This document shows positions 7,985 to 18,259 of a DNA stretch of 64,000 nt, in pieces. How positions within the stretch are numbered: the stretch's first letter is position 1; each line of letters begins with the position of its first letter. Origin of the DNA: Desulfobacteraceae bacterium (GTDB lineage Bacteria > Desulfobacterota > Desulfobacteria > Desulfobacterales > JACKCP01). Under the pieces are notes generated by a model. It did no database searches. It had not been told where the DNA came from and was given only the letters and a program-made list of their open reading frames with translations. The DNA lies in assembly GCA_020633955.1 (NCBI GenBank), contig JACKCP010000006.1:34404-98403 (forward strand), given 5' to 3'. The position numbers and the translations under genes were made by a program.

Positions 7985-10900
7985 TTGGAGAAAGATTTGA
8001 ATAATCCAACAAACCCTAACACTGAAACCCATCTTAACAATTCAAAAAATGAGAAAATCACTGATCTCATAATATCTGGGTACAAGCTCAACAAAATAAT
8101 TTATGAGGGTAAAATCTCAAAGATAATAAGAGGTTTTGACACTTTAAAGAAGCAGCCTGTTGTAATTAAAATACTAAATCCGGAAGAAGTTTCACCCATT
8201 CAGACAATGAGGTTCAGGCAGGATTTTGAAATAAGAAAACACCTTGAATCTGATTTTATTGTAAAAGCATACACTTTCCAGTTTTATCACCACAGGCCCT
8301 TCATTGTAATGGAAGACTTTAATGCAAAATGTCTTAATACACTCTTCAAGACCAGTCAGCCACATGTCTCACAGTTTTACTCCATTGCTGAAAAAAGCCT
8401 TGAAGCACTTGAATACATCCATAAAAAAGAAGTCATCCACAAAGATATCAAGCCATGCAATATACTTTTGAATGATGAAACAGGAGTTGTGAAATTAACT
8501 GATTTCGGCATCTCAACTATGCTTTTTCAGGAGCATCCATCTTTTCTTAATCCAAGATCACTTGAAGGCACAATTGGTTTTATTTCTCCTGAACAGACCG
8601 GAAGAATGAACAGGTTCCTCGACTATAGGACAGATTTCTATTCAATTGGCGCAACATTTTATTTTCTATTGTCAGGCCATCCACCTTTTTCCGAAGATTC
8701 GCCAATGGCAATGATCCACGCACATTTAGCAAAGGAGGCAATGCCGCTTTATCTGGTCAATAAAGATGTCCCCTTTTCCCTTTCTGAAATTATAATGAAG
8801 CTCCTTTCAAAAAACCCTGAAGACAGATACCAGAGTATTGAAGGAATTTTATCTGACCTTAAAAAATCTGAAGAGATATTTAAAAGCGGTGAAAAAAATA
8901 AAACCTTTGCCCTTGGAAAAACAGATTTTTCAGAAAAATTTACAATACCTGAAAAAATTTACGGTAGAAAAAAAGAACTTAACTCTTTAATTGAATCCTT
9001 TTTCAAAATCAAAGGAGGATCAGATGAGATTGCAATTATTGAAGGCTATTCAGGATCAGGAAAAACAGTAATTGTTAAGGAACTGCAAAAACAGATTTCT
9101 GATCCAGACTGTTATTTTATCTCAGGAAAATACGAGGAATTCTCTGAAAGTCAGGCATACAGAGGGATAATCCAGGCCTTTGAAGAGCTTATTTCAGAAA
9201 TTCTTGGAGAGAACCAGGATACAATTAATAATTTCAAAAGTGAAATTTCCAGATCAATAGGTGAAAACGGAAAAATACTTACTGATCTTTTTCCGAAACT
9301 TCAAATTATTACAGGTCCTCAAAAAGAAATTCCAAACCTTGGGGTTTCTGAAACAAGAAGCAGATTTAATTATACATTCCGGGAGTTTGTCAAGATTTTC
9401 ACAAAAAACCAGAGAAAACTAATTTTATTCCTTGACGACATGCAGTGGATAGACTCTGCTTCTCTAGGTCTTTTAAAGGCTCTTTTTTCTGGAGAAAAAA
9501 TTAAAAATTTTCTATTTATAGGATCATACAGAAAAGACGAAGTAAACAGCAGCCATCCAGTTTCAATTTTTTTAGAAGAAACAAAAAAACAAAATGAAAA
9601 TGTAAATACAATAGAACTGAAGCCTCTTTCTTTTAAGGATACACTTGATCTTGTTTCAGACACAGTTATCTGCGAAAAATCCAGGGCCTATAAATTATGC
9701 GAACTTATATTCAATAAAACTGGAGCAAACCCATTTTTCATTAAAGAATTTCTCATGTCTCTTTACAGAGAAAGACTTATTTCATTCAGCAAAAATACAA
9801 AAAAATGGGAATGGGATATTGAAAAAATAAAGTCACAGAATATAACCCAAAACGTTGTTTCACTCCTTATTGACAGAATAGAAAAACTACCGGAAAAATC
9901 ACTTGATATTTTAAAAAAGGCAGCATGCATTGGAAGCAGAACAAGTTACAAAAAACTTTTTTCTGTCTGTGAGATGAGAGAAAAAGAGTTTAACATTTAT
10001 CTATTTGAAATATTAAAACAAGGTATGCTTATACCTGTTTCCGGATACAGCCCGGATCAAAATACTGATCCTGAAAAAACTGACATAAAAAAAAATATAA
10101 GGCCCGATTATATTTTCCAGCACGACAGACTGCGCCAGGCAGCCTATGAAACCATAAAAAAGGAAAATAGAACATCAATCCATCTTTCCATAGGAAAGAA
10201 ATTCTTTGAAATTGCAGATAAAGATTTTTTTGAACAAAACCTTTTTGAAATTGTAAACCATATGAACGAAGGCAGAGAGCTTTTAGCAGATAATGACGAC
10301 TTTGACCTTCTTGTTCACCTAAATTATATTTCAGGCAAAAAAGCTAAAAATTCAGGTGCCTACCAGAGAGCTCTCAAATATTTTGAAATCACCCGGTCAA
10401 TTCTGCCCCAAAACAATAATGACATTTTTTACAAAACAGTATTAAAAGAGCTTGCTGAAACAAAATATCTGTGCGGAGAACTTCAGGAATCAAGAAAAAT
10501 ACTTGAAGATCTTTTAGTTTCCGAAAAAGACATAATAGAAAAATGCAGAATTTATGAGCTTTTAATTTTAATATGCACAATGAGCGCAAGCTATGACGAG
10601 GCACTCATAACTGGTAAAACAGCCCTTGATCTTCTTGAGGTAAATCTGCCAATAGAAAATATTGAGTCTGAAACTTCAACAGAAGTTGCCAAAGCAATTA
10701 AAAAACTAAAAAAATCCCAAATAAAAAAACTTATAAACACACCTGAAGCCAAAGATCCTAAAATCAGAACTGCAATGAAAATTCTCATAAGACTTCAGGC
10801 AACCTCATATTTTTTCAAGACAAACCTTTATCCCTTTATTCTTGCAAAAATGGTTAACTTATCACTAGATTACGGACATACTCCAGAATCTGCTAAAGGT

Positions 10901-13900
10901 TATGCAAGTTTTGGCAATATTTACTCAAACAAAACAAAAGATTATAAAACGGCCTACGAACTTGGAACACTGGGACTGAACCTGAGTAGAAAATTCAGGG
11001 ACAAAAAGATTGAATGCCAGTCAAGGCTTTCAATTGCCGCATTTCTTATTCACGGTGTTGATCATCTTAAAGAAGGTGAGGATCATATTTTTCAGGGATA
11101 TCAGTCGGGACTTGAATCCGGTGAAATTCAATATGCAGGACTTCTTTTGTTCAACAAAATTCTAAACAGATTTTTTCAGGGATACAGACTTGATTATCTG
11201 GAAAAAGAAATTAATGATGATCTGAACTTCTGCATAAAAACAGGAAACAGCATAGCAATTGATGTAATAACACCATTTAGACTTGCAGTTTTGAATCTAA
11301 GAAAAAAAACAAAAAATCCATTTGATTTTTCAGATGAATGCTGTTCATTCAATGACTATTATGAAAAAATGACAAAAAATCAAAGCATGCCTGCACTTTT
11401 TCTTCTATGGCTTTTAAAGGCATTTGTATTGTATCTGAACGGCAAAATACAAAACGCGGCAAATGCAATATCAAAGGCTGAAAAATACTGGGCTGCAACA
11501 ACAGGATATTTTTCAGACACAGAATACCTTTTTTTGAAGGCACTCATACTGGCTTCAGTGTTCAAGGATTCAGATAATGATGAAAAACAGGAAATACTTG
11601 AAACAATAAAAAATATTTCCCAGATTCTTAAGCACAAGTCTTTGACCGCACCTCAAAATCATCTTTCAAGACACTATCTTGTTGAAGCAGAGTTTTACAG
11701 GATTAAAGGAGAGAATGAAACAGCTTCAAACTTTTATGACCAGGCAGTTGAATCAGCATCTCAATATGATTTTATTCAGATTGAGGCCATTGCAAATGAA
11801 CTTTGCGCAAATTTCTGGACAGACCTGAATAAAAAGAAACTCTCAAGGCCATACCTTGAAGATGCCTGCGAAGCTTATGAAAAATGGGGTGCTCTGAGAA
11901 AAATTAAAAGCCTTGAAAAAAATCTGCCGGGTTATTCATCAAAAACCACCAAACTCCAGCTATTCAATACCCAGACCTCAAGTTACCCTGATTCTGAAAT
12001 TGATTATTCATCAGCACTTGATATGGAGTCAGTGGCAAAAACATCCAGGGTTATTTCAAGCGAAGTCAACATTGAAAAACTCCTTAAAAAATTAATGAGG
12101 ATAATGATTGAAAGTGCAGGAGCACAAAAGGGATTCATTATTTTAAAAAAGGGAGAGTCTCTTTACATCCAGGCCTATTCCGACTCCAAAACAGTAAATG
12201 TACTTCAGGCTAAACCAATTGACAAAACAGATGAAATAGCAGAGTCAGTTGTAAGATATGTAATTCATACTTCTGAAGATGTAATAGTAGATGATATTTC
12301 TACAAATACAAAGTTTAACAGTGACAGATGGCTTAGAAAAAACAATTCCGGCTCTCTTTTGTGCACACCTTTAAAGTATAAGGACAAAACAATTGGAGCC
12401 CTTTATCTTGAAAACAGTATTGCCACCAGGGTTTTTTCAGGAGAAAGGCTTAGAATTCTAAAATATCTTTTACCACAGGCAGCAATATCAATTGATAATG
12501 CCATAATATTTGCAGAAACTGCAAAACTAACAAAAAGCCTTGAAAAAGAAGTTGAACACAGGAAAAAAATACAGGAAGAACTTGAAAAAAGCGAACAAAA
12601 ATACAGAGAAATATTTGAAAATACAAGAGATATTTACATTGAAACTGCAATTGACGGAACAATCATTGAGGTAAGTCCTTCAGTTGTTGAATCAGCTGGC
12701 TATACAAGGGAAGAGCTGGTTGGTGAAAAAGTGAGCAGAAGATATATCGATCCCGCTGATCAAAAAAGTTTAATGGAAAATTTATTTAAATTCGGCAAAG
12801 TTTCAAATTTTGAAGCAAAGTGCAAAACAAAAAACAACAACTTTGCAGATTCTTCAATAAATGCAATGGTAATAAAAGACAAAAATGGAAAGCCCGAAAA
12901 AGTAATTGTCTCAATAAGAGACATAACTGAAAAAAAACAGCTTGAGTTAAAACTTTTCCACTCACAGAAAATGGAGGCAATAGGAACTCTTGCAGGCGGA
13001 ATAGCCCATGATTTTAATAATATCCTGGCAGGAATAACAGGATATACAGATATTGCCAAACTTAAGCTGAAAAAAGAACCTGAAAAAATCCCCATCTACC
13101 TTGATGGAATATCAAGGGCTGGTGAAAGAGCAAAAAATCTTGTTAGCCAGATTTTATCTTTCACAAGAAACACCGAAACAAAAAGAAAGAACATAAACCC
13201 TCTTCCAGTTATAAAGGAAGCATTGAAACTTCTAAGATCATCGATTCCCTCATCCATTGAAATGGTGGAGGAAATTAAAACAAAGGCACCTCTTATAAAA
13301 GGCAACACAACCCAGCTTCATCAGGTGATAATGAATCTTTGCACCAATGCAGCCCACTCAATGAAAGAAACCGGAGGTGTGCTTACAACAAGAATAGAAA
13401 CAATTAATATTAATAAAAACAACCTGTTTGAAACAAGCTTTGGAGAAATCACCCCAGGAGATTACCTGAAAATAAGCGTAAAAGACACGGGCCACGGAAT
13501 TCAGGAACAAATTGGAGCAAAAATTTTTGACCCATATTTCACAACTAAAAAAACAGGCGAAGGAACAGGGCTTGGACTTTCAATGGTACATGGAATTGTT
13601 AAAAACCATGGAGGATATTTAAAATTCTCAAGCATACCAGATAAAGGTACCTGTTTTGAAATTTATTTTCCACTTGCCCAGGAATTCATGAAACAGCCAA
13701 AGCAGAAAAAACACTACAATCCAATAACCGGAGGCGAGCAAATCCTTTTTGTAGACGATGAGGAGATTCTTGCCGAACTCATGGAAGAGCTGCTTCAGGA
13801 ATCAGGCTACAAAGTTAAATGTGTCAACAGTTCAGTTGAAGCCTTGAACCTGTTTAATGAGAATCCAGATAAATATGATATAATTATTACTGATATGACC

Positions 13901-14107
13901 ATGCCGGTAATGACAGGAGTTAAACTCTGCAAGGAAATCTTTAAAGTAAGACCGGATATTCCTGCCATAATATGCACTGGATATTCAGAAGCTATCCCGG
14001 AAAAATCATTTGAAAATACAGGAATAAGAAAAAAACTTTTAAAACCATTTAATATTGAGGAACTTAACACTGCAATAAGAGATATTCTTGAAGAAAATAA
14101 ACACTAA
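7985..14107 (+). CDS. Giant multidomain sensor: Ser/Thr protein kinase - P-loop NTPase (AAA_16/STAND-like) - helical repeats - GAF - PAS - HisKA/HATPase_c - receiver
   Basis: STK motifs: VIHKDIKPCNILL, LTDFGIS, GFISPEQ. NTPase motifs: IIEGYSGSGKTVIV (Walker A), LILFLDDMQWID (Walker B). A GAF region lies near SRVISSEVNIEKLLKKLM and a PAS domain near YREIFENTRDIY. The H-box is GGIAHDFNNIL and the G-box is GEGTGLGLSMV. The REC domain reads ILFVDDEE...DIIITDMTMPVMTG...LKPF. The start is TTG at 7985 or TTG at 7997; the latter has GGAG 6 nt upstream. Confidence 0.88.
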   Translation: MEKDLNNPTNPNTETHLNNSKNEKITDLIISGYKLNKIIYEGKISKIIRGFDTLKKQPVVIKILNPEEVSPIQTMRFRQDFEIRKHLESDFIVKAYTFQFYHHRPFIVMEDFNAKCLNTLFKTSQPHVSQFYSIAEKSLEALEYIHKKEVIHKDIKPCNILLNDETGVVKLTDFGISTMLFQEHPSFLNPRSLEGTIGFISPEQTGRMNRFLDYRTDFYSIGATFYFLLSGHPPFSEDSPMAMIHAHLAKEAMPLYLVNKDVPFSLSEIIMKLLSKNPEDRYQSIEGILSDLKKSEEIFKSGEKNKTFALGKTDFSEKFTIPEKIYGRKKELNSLIESFFKIKGGSDEIAIIEGYSGSGKTVIVKELQKQISDPDCYFISGKYEEFSESQAYRGIIQAFEELISEILGENQDTINNFKSEISRSIGENGKILTDLFPKLQIITGPQKEIPNLGVSETRSRFNYTFREFVKIFTKNQRKLILFLDDMQWIDSASLGLLKALFSGEKIKNFLFIGSYRKDEVNSSHPVSIFLEETKKQNENVNTIELKPLSFKDTLDLVSDTVICEKSRAYKLCELIFNKTGANPFFIKEFLMSLYRERLISFSKNTKKWEWDIEKIKSQNITQNVVSLLIDRIEKLPEKSLDILKKAACIGSRTSYKKLFSVCEMREKEFNIYLFEILKQGMLIPVSGYSPDQNTDPEKTDIKKNIRPDYIFQHDRLRQAAYETIKKENRTSIHLSIGKKFFEIADKDFFEQNLFEIVNHMNEGRELLADNDDFDLLVHLNYISGKKAKNSGAYQRALKYFEITRSILPQNNNDIFYKTVLKELAETKYLCGELQESRKILEDLLVSEKDIIEKCRIYELLILICTMSASYDEALITGKTALDLLEVNLPIENIESETSTEVAKAIKKLKKSQIKKLINTPEAKDPKIRTAMKILIRLQATSYFFKTNLYPFILAKMVNLSLDYGHTPESAKGYASFGNIYSNKTKDYKTAYELGTLGLNLSRKFRDKKIECQSRLSIAAFLIHGVDHLKEGEDHIFQGYQSGLESGEIQYAGLLLFNKILNRFFQGYRLDYLEKEINDDLNFCIKTGNSIAIDVITPFRLAVLNLRKKTKNPFDFSDECCSFNDYYEKMTKNQSMPALFLLWLLKAFVLYLNGKIQNAANAISKAEKYWAATTGYFSDTEYLFLKALILASVFKDSDNDEKQEILETIKNISQILKHKSLTAPQNHLSRHYLVEAEFYRIKGENETASNFYDQAVESASQYDFIQIEAIANELCANFWTDLNKKKLSRPYLEDACEAYEKWGALRKIKSLEKNLPGYSSKTTKLQLFNTQTSSYPDSEIDYSSALDMESVAKTSRVISSEVNIEKLLKKLMRIMIESAGAQKGFIILKKGESLYIQAYSDSKTVNVLQAKPIDKTDEIAESVVRYVIHTSEDVIVDDISTNTKFNSDRWLRKNNSGSLLCTPLKYKDKTIGALYLENSIATRVFSGERLRILKYLLPQAAISIDNAIIFAETAKLTKSLEKEVEHRKKIQEELEKSEQKYREIFENTRDIYIETAIDGTIIEVSPSVVESAGYTREELVGEKVSRRYIDPADQKSLMENLFKFGKVSNFEAKCKTKNNNFADSSINAMVIKDKNGKPEKVIVSIRDITEKKQLELKLFHSQKMEAIGTLAGGIAHDFNNILAGITGYTDIAKLKLKKEPEKIPIYLDGISRAGERAKNLVSQILSFTRNTETKRKNINPLPVIKEALKLLRSSIPSSIEMVEEIKTKAPLIKGNTTQLHQVIMNLCTNAAHSMKETGGVLTTRIETININKNNLFETSFGEITPGDYLKISVKDTGHGIQEQIGAKIFDPYFTTKKTGEGTGLGLSMVHGIVKNHGGYLKFSSIPDKGTCFEIYFPLAQEFMKQPKQKKHYNPITGGEQILFVDDEEILAELMEELLQESGYKVKCVNSSVEALNLFNENPDKYDIIITDMTMPVMTGVKLCKEIFKVRPDIPAIICTGYSEAIPEKSFENTGIRKKLLKPFNIEELNTAIRDILEENKH

Positions 14108-14159
14108 TCAAGACATTTTTATAAGATTAAATTGTTATTGCCTAAATAAATATGTAATT

Positions 14160-14202
14160 GTATCAGACAAAATTATTGTATGTCTGATACAATTAATTTT
14201 TT
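14160..14202 (+). terminator. Rho-independent terminator after the giant kinase gene, possibly bidirectional
   Basis: 10-bp perfect stem gtatcagaca / tgtctgatac with an 11-nt loop, followed by aattaatttttt. It lies between convergent genes. Confidence 0.6.
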
Positions 14203-14216
14203 CAATTACTTACTTT

Positions 14217-15155
14217 TTAATTGTCTTTTTTAATTTTATAAAAAACACCTCTCTCAAGCTCCTCAGCTTCAACTTTTCCCTGATTAACAAGAACATCAAG
14301 ATATTTACCAATATCGTTTCTGTGAAGACCCAGTATTTCAGTTAAATCCTCAATTGTACACGGTCTTCTAAAAATCATTCCATAAACGGCCTCTTCCCTG
14401 TCTTCCCTGTATGAGGCAATGTTTTTCCTTTGAATACTTTTAGAAATTATCTGTGTGTTTTTAAAATCAAGGTCTTTTTTTATTTTAATAAGTTCTGCTT
14501 CGGAGGCAGCAGTAAGTCCTGGCTGGGCACCTGGTCTGTCAAGGGAGTTTAAAAGCAAAAGATCTGGATTTATCTGTTGCACAGCTTTTTTTAATTTTAA
14601 AATATCATCTTGAGAATCATTGAAGCCTGGAAGAATAAAAACTTCAAGATCAAACCTGTTTTTAAATTCCTTTTTAAAATCACAAAGACCTTTGATATAA
14701 TTTTCAAGTGTTATTTCCTTGCAGGGCCTGTTTATCCTCAAAAAAGACTTTTCATCTGCACTGTCAAAAGAAGGCATCACAAGATCAGCCTTTAAAAGCT
14801 CTTTTCTAAGATTTGGATCATTAAAAAGAGTTCCGTTTGTTAAAACGCATACACTGACATCAAAATTTGATTTAATAAAATCAAGCACCTCTCCAATCTT
14901 AGAATTAAGACATGGCTCTCCTGAACCTGAAAAAGTAACAAAATCAGGCTTGGGATTTTTTTTAAAATAATCTTTAAGCTCCTCTTTTACTTCATCTGCA
15001 GGAACGTATTCTTTTCTTATGGCTGTAAGATCTGTTGTTTTCCCGCATTCACAATAAACACAGTCAAGTGAGCAGGTTTTGTGAGTAACAAGATCAACGC
15101 CAAGTGAAACCCCGAGCCTTCTTGAAGGAACAGGACCAAATATATATTTATACAT
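14217..15155 (-). CDS. Radical SAM protein (COG0731-like) with C-terminal winged-helix-like tail
   Basis: CSLDCVYCECG is a CxxxCxxC cluster motif. I place the start at the ATG at 15155 (MYKYIFGPVPSRRLG), preceded by GGGAGAG 5 nt upstream. The longer track ORF (to 15200) runs into a repeat element. Confidence 0.8.
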   Translation of the reverse strand: MYKYIFGPVPSRRLGVSLGVDLVTHKTCSLDCVYCECGKTTDLTAIRKEYVPADEVKEELKDYFKKNPKPDFVTFSGSGEPCLNSKIGEVLDFIKSNFDVSVCVLTNGTLFNDPNLRKELLKADLVMPSFDSADEKSFLRINRPCKEITLENYIKGLCDFKKEFKNRFDLEVFILPGFNDSQDDILKLKKAVQQINPDLLLLNSLDRPGAQPGLTAASEAELIKIKKDLDFKNTQIISKSIQRKNIASYREDREEAVYGMIFRRPCTIEDLTEILGLHRNDIGKYLDVLVNQGKVEAEELERGVFYKIKKDN

Positions 15156-15177
15156 AATGACTCTCCCATATATTTTG

Positions 15178-15258
15178 CTGGATTGAACTACTATTTTCAA
15201 ATTTGCTGCATATAGAAAATAAACTGAAAATTTAAAAACATTAACCGCACAATTCAGG
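15178..15258 (+). repeat. Intergenic repeat family C, copy C1
   Basis: ctggattga..ttttcaaatttgctgcatata..gaaaa..tttaaa..cat.aac..caattcagg aligns with 21646-21720. The two copies share an exact 13-mer, TTTGCTGCATATA. Confidence 0.55.
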
Positions 15259-15275
15259 TTTTAATAAAAACCCAA

Positions 15276-15445
15276 GTAACTATTCAGCTTGAAAACTGAG
15301 AAAAAGCCGTTTTGGCGACGGTTGCTGTATTTTTTCTGAGCCGGGGTATCAGGAGATAGTTTTTTAATCTCCTGCATCAAAACTTAAGCAAAAATGAGGC
15401 TCAGAAATAATGCAGCAGCCACTCTAAATTGAACTGAACAGTTAC
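15276..15445 (-). mobile_element. Hairpin MITE family A, copy A3 (full length, inverted orientation, perfect 8-bp TSD AAACCCAA)
   Basis: It is the reverse complement of the A2/A5 arrangement. The sequence aaacccaa is present at both 15268-15275 and 15446-15453. It lies between divergently transcribed genes. Confidence 0.9.
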
Positions 15446-15665
15446 AAACCCAATAGCTTTTAGTACCACTGCCTGATTTTTCTGTAAAGGCAGGATAAAA
15501 TTTATTACTTTACACATTAAAAACTCTTTATTAGTTAATAATTCAACAAAATTATCTTTTTTGTCCATTTGAGTTTCGCATGAAAAATTAATTCTTAAAA
15601 TCGGGGATTCCAGAAGATGGTTTTGAACTTTAACCGGTATTAATTCATGTTTTGGAGCGCATTAT

Positions 15666-16511
15666 ATGAAAACATTTCTTGACTGTATACCCTGCCTTAT
15701 GAAACAGGCTCTTCGTGCAGGAAGGCAAACCAGTGCAGATGAAAAAACACTAAAAAGAATTCTTGATGAAACAGGATCTCTAATAAAAAACATTCCACTT
15801 GAAAATACACCTGTTGAAACAGCGGCAGATATTTACAAAACAGTGAGCAGGATTACAGGAGTTAAGGACCCATACAAAAAAATTAAAAATGAAAATATTT
15901 TACAGGCAAAAGAACTTCTGCCTGAACTTGAAAAAAAGATTAATACAGCAAAAGACCCTCTTCTTTGTGCTATTAGAATTTCCATTGCCGGAAATGTTAT
16001 TGATCTTGGTGTAGACAAAAAATTTAATATTTCAAATGACTTGGATAAAATCATTGATCAGGATTTTGGAATTTTTGATTATGAAGCATTTAAAGAAAAT
16101 TTAAATAGTTCAAAAACAGTTCTTTTTATTGGAGACAATTGCGGAGAATCTGTGTTTGACACTCTTTTAATAAAACAGCTTGGAAAAAAAATTTATTATG
16201 CAGTAAGAGACGTTCCGGTTATAAATGATGTAACATATGATGATGCAATCAGTTCAGGACTTGATAAGGTATCTGAAATTATATCTTCAGGAGTAGACTC
16301 TCCCGGAGCTGTTTTATCCAAAGCAAATAATCACTTTAAAGATTTATTTAAAAATGCAGATCTTGTAATAAGCAAAGGCCAGGGTAATTATGAAGGACTT
16401 TCTTTGGAAAAAAGAACAGTCTTTTTTCTTTTAAAGGCAAAGTGCCAGGTAATAGCACAGGATATTGGAGTAAAAGAAGATGATATTATTCTAAAGGGAA
16501 TAAACATATAA
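15666..16511 (+). CDS. DUF89 / ARMT1-like damage-control phosphatase family protein
   Basis: The N-terminus MKTFLDCIPCLMKQALRA and the C-terminal ISKGQGNYEGL are characteristic of the DUF89 (COG1578) family as I recall it. Confidence 0.7.
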   Translation: MKTFLDCIPCLMKQALRAGRQTSADEKTLKRILDETGSLIKNIPLENTPVETAADIYKTVSRITGVKDPYKKIKNENILQAKELLPELEKKINTAKDPLLCAIRISIAGNVIDLGVDKKFNISNDLDKIIDQDFGIFDYEAFKENLNSSKTVLFIGDNCGESVFDTLLIKQLGKKIYYAVRDVPVINDVTYDDAISSGLDKVSEIISSGVDSPGAVLSKANNHFKDLFKNADLVISKGQGNYEGLSLEKRTVFFLLKAKCQVIAQDIGVKEDDIILKGINI

Positions 16512-16609
16512 AGTTTTTAGAGAAAACATAAAGTAATCGGACAAAGAACTTCTTAAAATTGAGAATTTTTTCAGTTTAACATATCAAAGCCCTGAATTCA
16601 GGTATAAGT

Positions 16610-16765
16610 GTTACTATTCAGTTTAAATTGCAACGACTGCTGCATTTTTATGAGCCTTATTTAAGCTCTGAGCCAGGAGATAGAAGAAACTATCTCCTGA
16701 ATCCCCTTAAAAAAAATACAGCATCCCTCAGCAAACTGGCTTTTTCTATGTTTTCAGAGAAACCG
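16610..16765 (+). mobile_element. Hairpin MITE family A, copy A4 (degenerate; right terminus eroded)
   Basis: gttactattcagtttaaattgcaacgactgctgcattttt...ccaggagatagaagaaactatctcctg...acagcatccctcagcaaactggcttttt aligns with the other copies. The right end is unrecognisable and abuts the stop codon of the minus-strand gene at 16766. Confidence 0.65.
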
Positions 16766-18259
16766 CTATTTAATCCAGATTTCAACTCGCCTGTTTTTTG
16801 ATCTTCCTGATTCAGAATCATTTGAAGCAACAGGAATTTCTTCCCCTGCACTTAACATGGAAATGCCTGAAATCCCCCTTGACCTTAGTTCATCATATAC
16901 AATTTTAGTCCTTTTTGATGCAAGATCATAATTATACAAATAATCTCCGTTTGAATCTGTAAAACCAGCCAGAATTATTTTTTTATCAGAATTTTCAGGC
17001 TGCTTTAAAAAGTCCACAACCCTGTAAAGATCCCTTAAAGCCCTGTTATCAAGGATAAAACTGTTTGGTCTGAATCTGAAGTTGAGGGAAAGCCTTTTTG
17101 AACCCTTGATTTTTTCCATGTAATTATTCAGAACAGATTTATCCTGAAATGCCTGATTCTCCTCAAACTCGTGACTGAACGCATTGACTGTCAGGTCAAC
17201 AAACCCATTTTCCCTTGCCATTTGCTGCCCTTTTTCAGAAAGTGCAAAATTTATGAATTCCAATGTGTGTGAATTATAAGGAACAGAAGGAGTATAAAAG
17301 TAAAGCCTTCTTGACAAAGGATAATCTTCAGTTGCAACAGTAAAAAAGGTTGGAAGAATTTTTGCTCCGTTTCCTTCAGATATTGCAAGTGCTTTTGAGC
17401 TTCCAATATATGGAAGACCAGTAAAACCTATTGAATTTGGATCATTTGAAACGGATTTTGAAAGTATTTCATTTGATTCAAATCTTTTAGCCCCGGAAAA
17501 AAGTTTATTCTTTTTTAGAATAAGAGACTTGAAAGTATCAAAGGTACCTGATTTGTCATCTCTTGCATATATTTCAATTTCTCCTTCAATATCAATTCCT
17601 GCTTCTTTCCAGGTTCTTATTTTTCCCTGAAAAATTTCTGACAAAAGATTTGCCGATATACCAGTCATTGGATTTGAAGGGTGTACAATTACTGCAATAC
17701 CGTCAAGTGCTGCAACATGCTCTGAGGCAAAGGATTCCATATCTCCAAGAGCCAAAAGACTTAAAACCTCTTTTTCCTTTATTTTTCTTGATGCCATTCC
17801 AATATCACATAATTTATTTTCAAGATCCAAAAAACCAGTTGAAGATCCGTGGGCTTTTATTTCAATTGCAAGGATTTCATTATTTCTCATACCTGTAATT
17901 ATTTTTTCTTCTTTTCCTGTTGTCTTTTGAAATATTTCACTGCATCCAAGTTTTTCAAGATAACCAGCAGCAAGAGAAGGCGCAAAAAAAGCACCTATTG
18001 TGTTTGACCCGCTCAGCTTTAATATTGTTTTTATTTCTTTTTCTTCATTTATTTTGTAAGAATTATTATTTTCAGCAGCAGGCAAAGCATCCGCAGGTAA
18101 ATTTTTGCCTGGACTTTCCAAAACAACCATTTCTTTTTCGATTTTATTTTTTTCGGTCAGTGATAAGTCATTATAAACAAAATAAAAACATGCAGATATA
18201 AAAACAATCACAAATATCAGTAAGCCAAAAATTCCAACAATCTCTTTATCCTTGAACAT
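16766..18259 (-). CDS. PstS-like periplasmic phosphate-binding domain fused to a C-terminal OmpA-family peptidoglycan-binding domain
   Basis: I place the start at the ATG at 18259 (MFKDKEIVGIFGLLIFVIV, a TM/signal anchor), with GGAG 7 nt upstream. The PBP-like core contains SGSNTIG and DKSGTFDTF. The OmpA_C-like end reads ILAGFTDSNGDYLYNYDLASKRTKIVYDELRSRG...NRRVEIWI. Confidence 0.75.
   Translation of the reverse strand: MFKDKEIVGIFGLLIFVIVFISACFYFVYNDLSLTEKNKIEKEMVVLESPGKNLPADALPAAENNNSYKINEEKEIKTILKLSGSNTIGAFFAPSLAAGYLEKLGCSEIFQKTTGKEEKIITGMRNNEILAIEIKAHGSSTGFLDLENKLCDIGMASRKIKEKEVLSLLALGDMESFASEHVAALDGIAVIVHPSNPMTGISANLLSEIFQGKIRTWKEAGIDIEGEIEIYARDDKSGTFDTFKSLILKKNKLFSGAKRFESNEILSKSVSNDPNSIGFTGLPYIGSSKALAISEGNGAKILPTFFTVATEDYPLSRRLYFYTPSVPYNSHTLEFINFALSEKGQQMARENGFVDLTVNAFSHEFEENQAFQDKSVLNNYMEKIKGSKRLSLNFRFRPNSFILDNRALRDLYRVVDFLKQPENSDKKIILAGFTDSNGDYLYNYDLASKRTKIVYDELRSRGISGISMLSAGEEIPVASNDSESGRSKNRRVEIWIK

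Noticed and set aside
9370-13308. Antisense or out-of-frame ORFs of 60-130 aa inside long genes. Examples are 9370..9663 and 12760..13095 in the giant kinase, 3340..3624 in the hybrid kinase, and 39346..39741 in mrcA.
   Set aside because: They are embedded in genes with strong motif support on the other strand or frame. Their products are low-complexity, which is typical of AT-rich shadow ORFs.
14088-14345. 85-aa plus-strand ORF overlapping the kinase terminator and the 3' end of the radical SAM gene.
   Set aside because: Its sequence is low-complexity and Ile/Phe/Asn-rich, it spans a terminator hairpin, and it overlaps a well-supported gene on the opposite strand.
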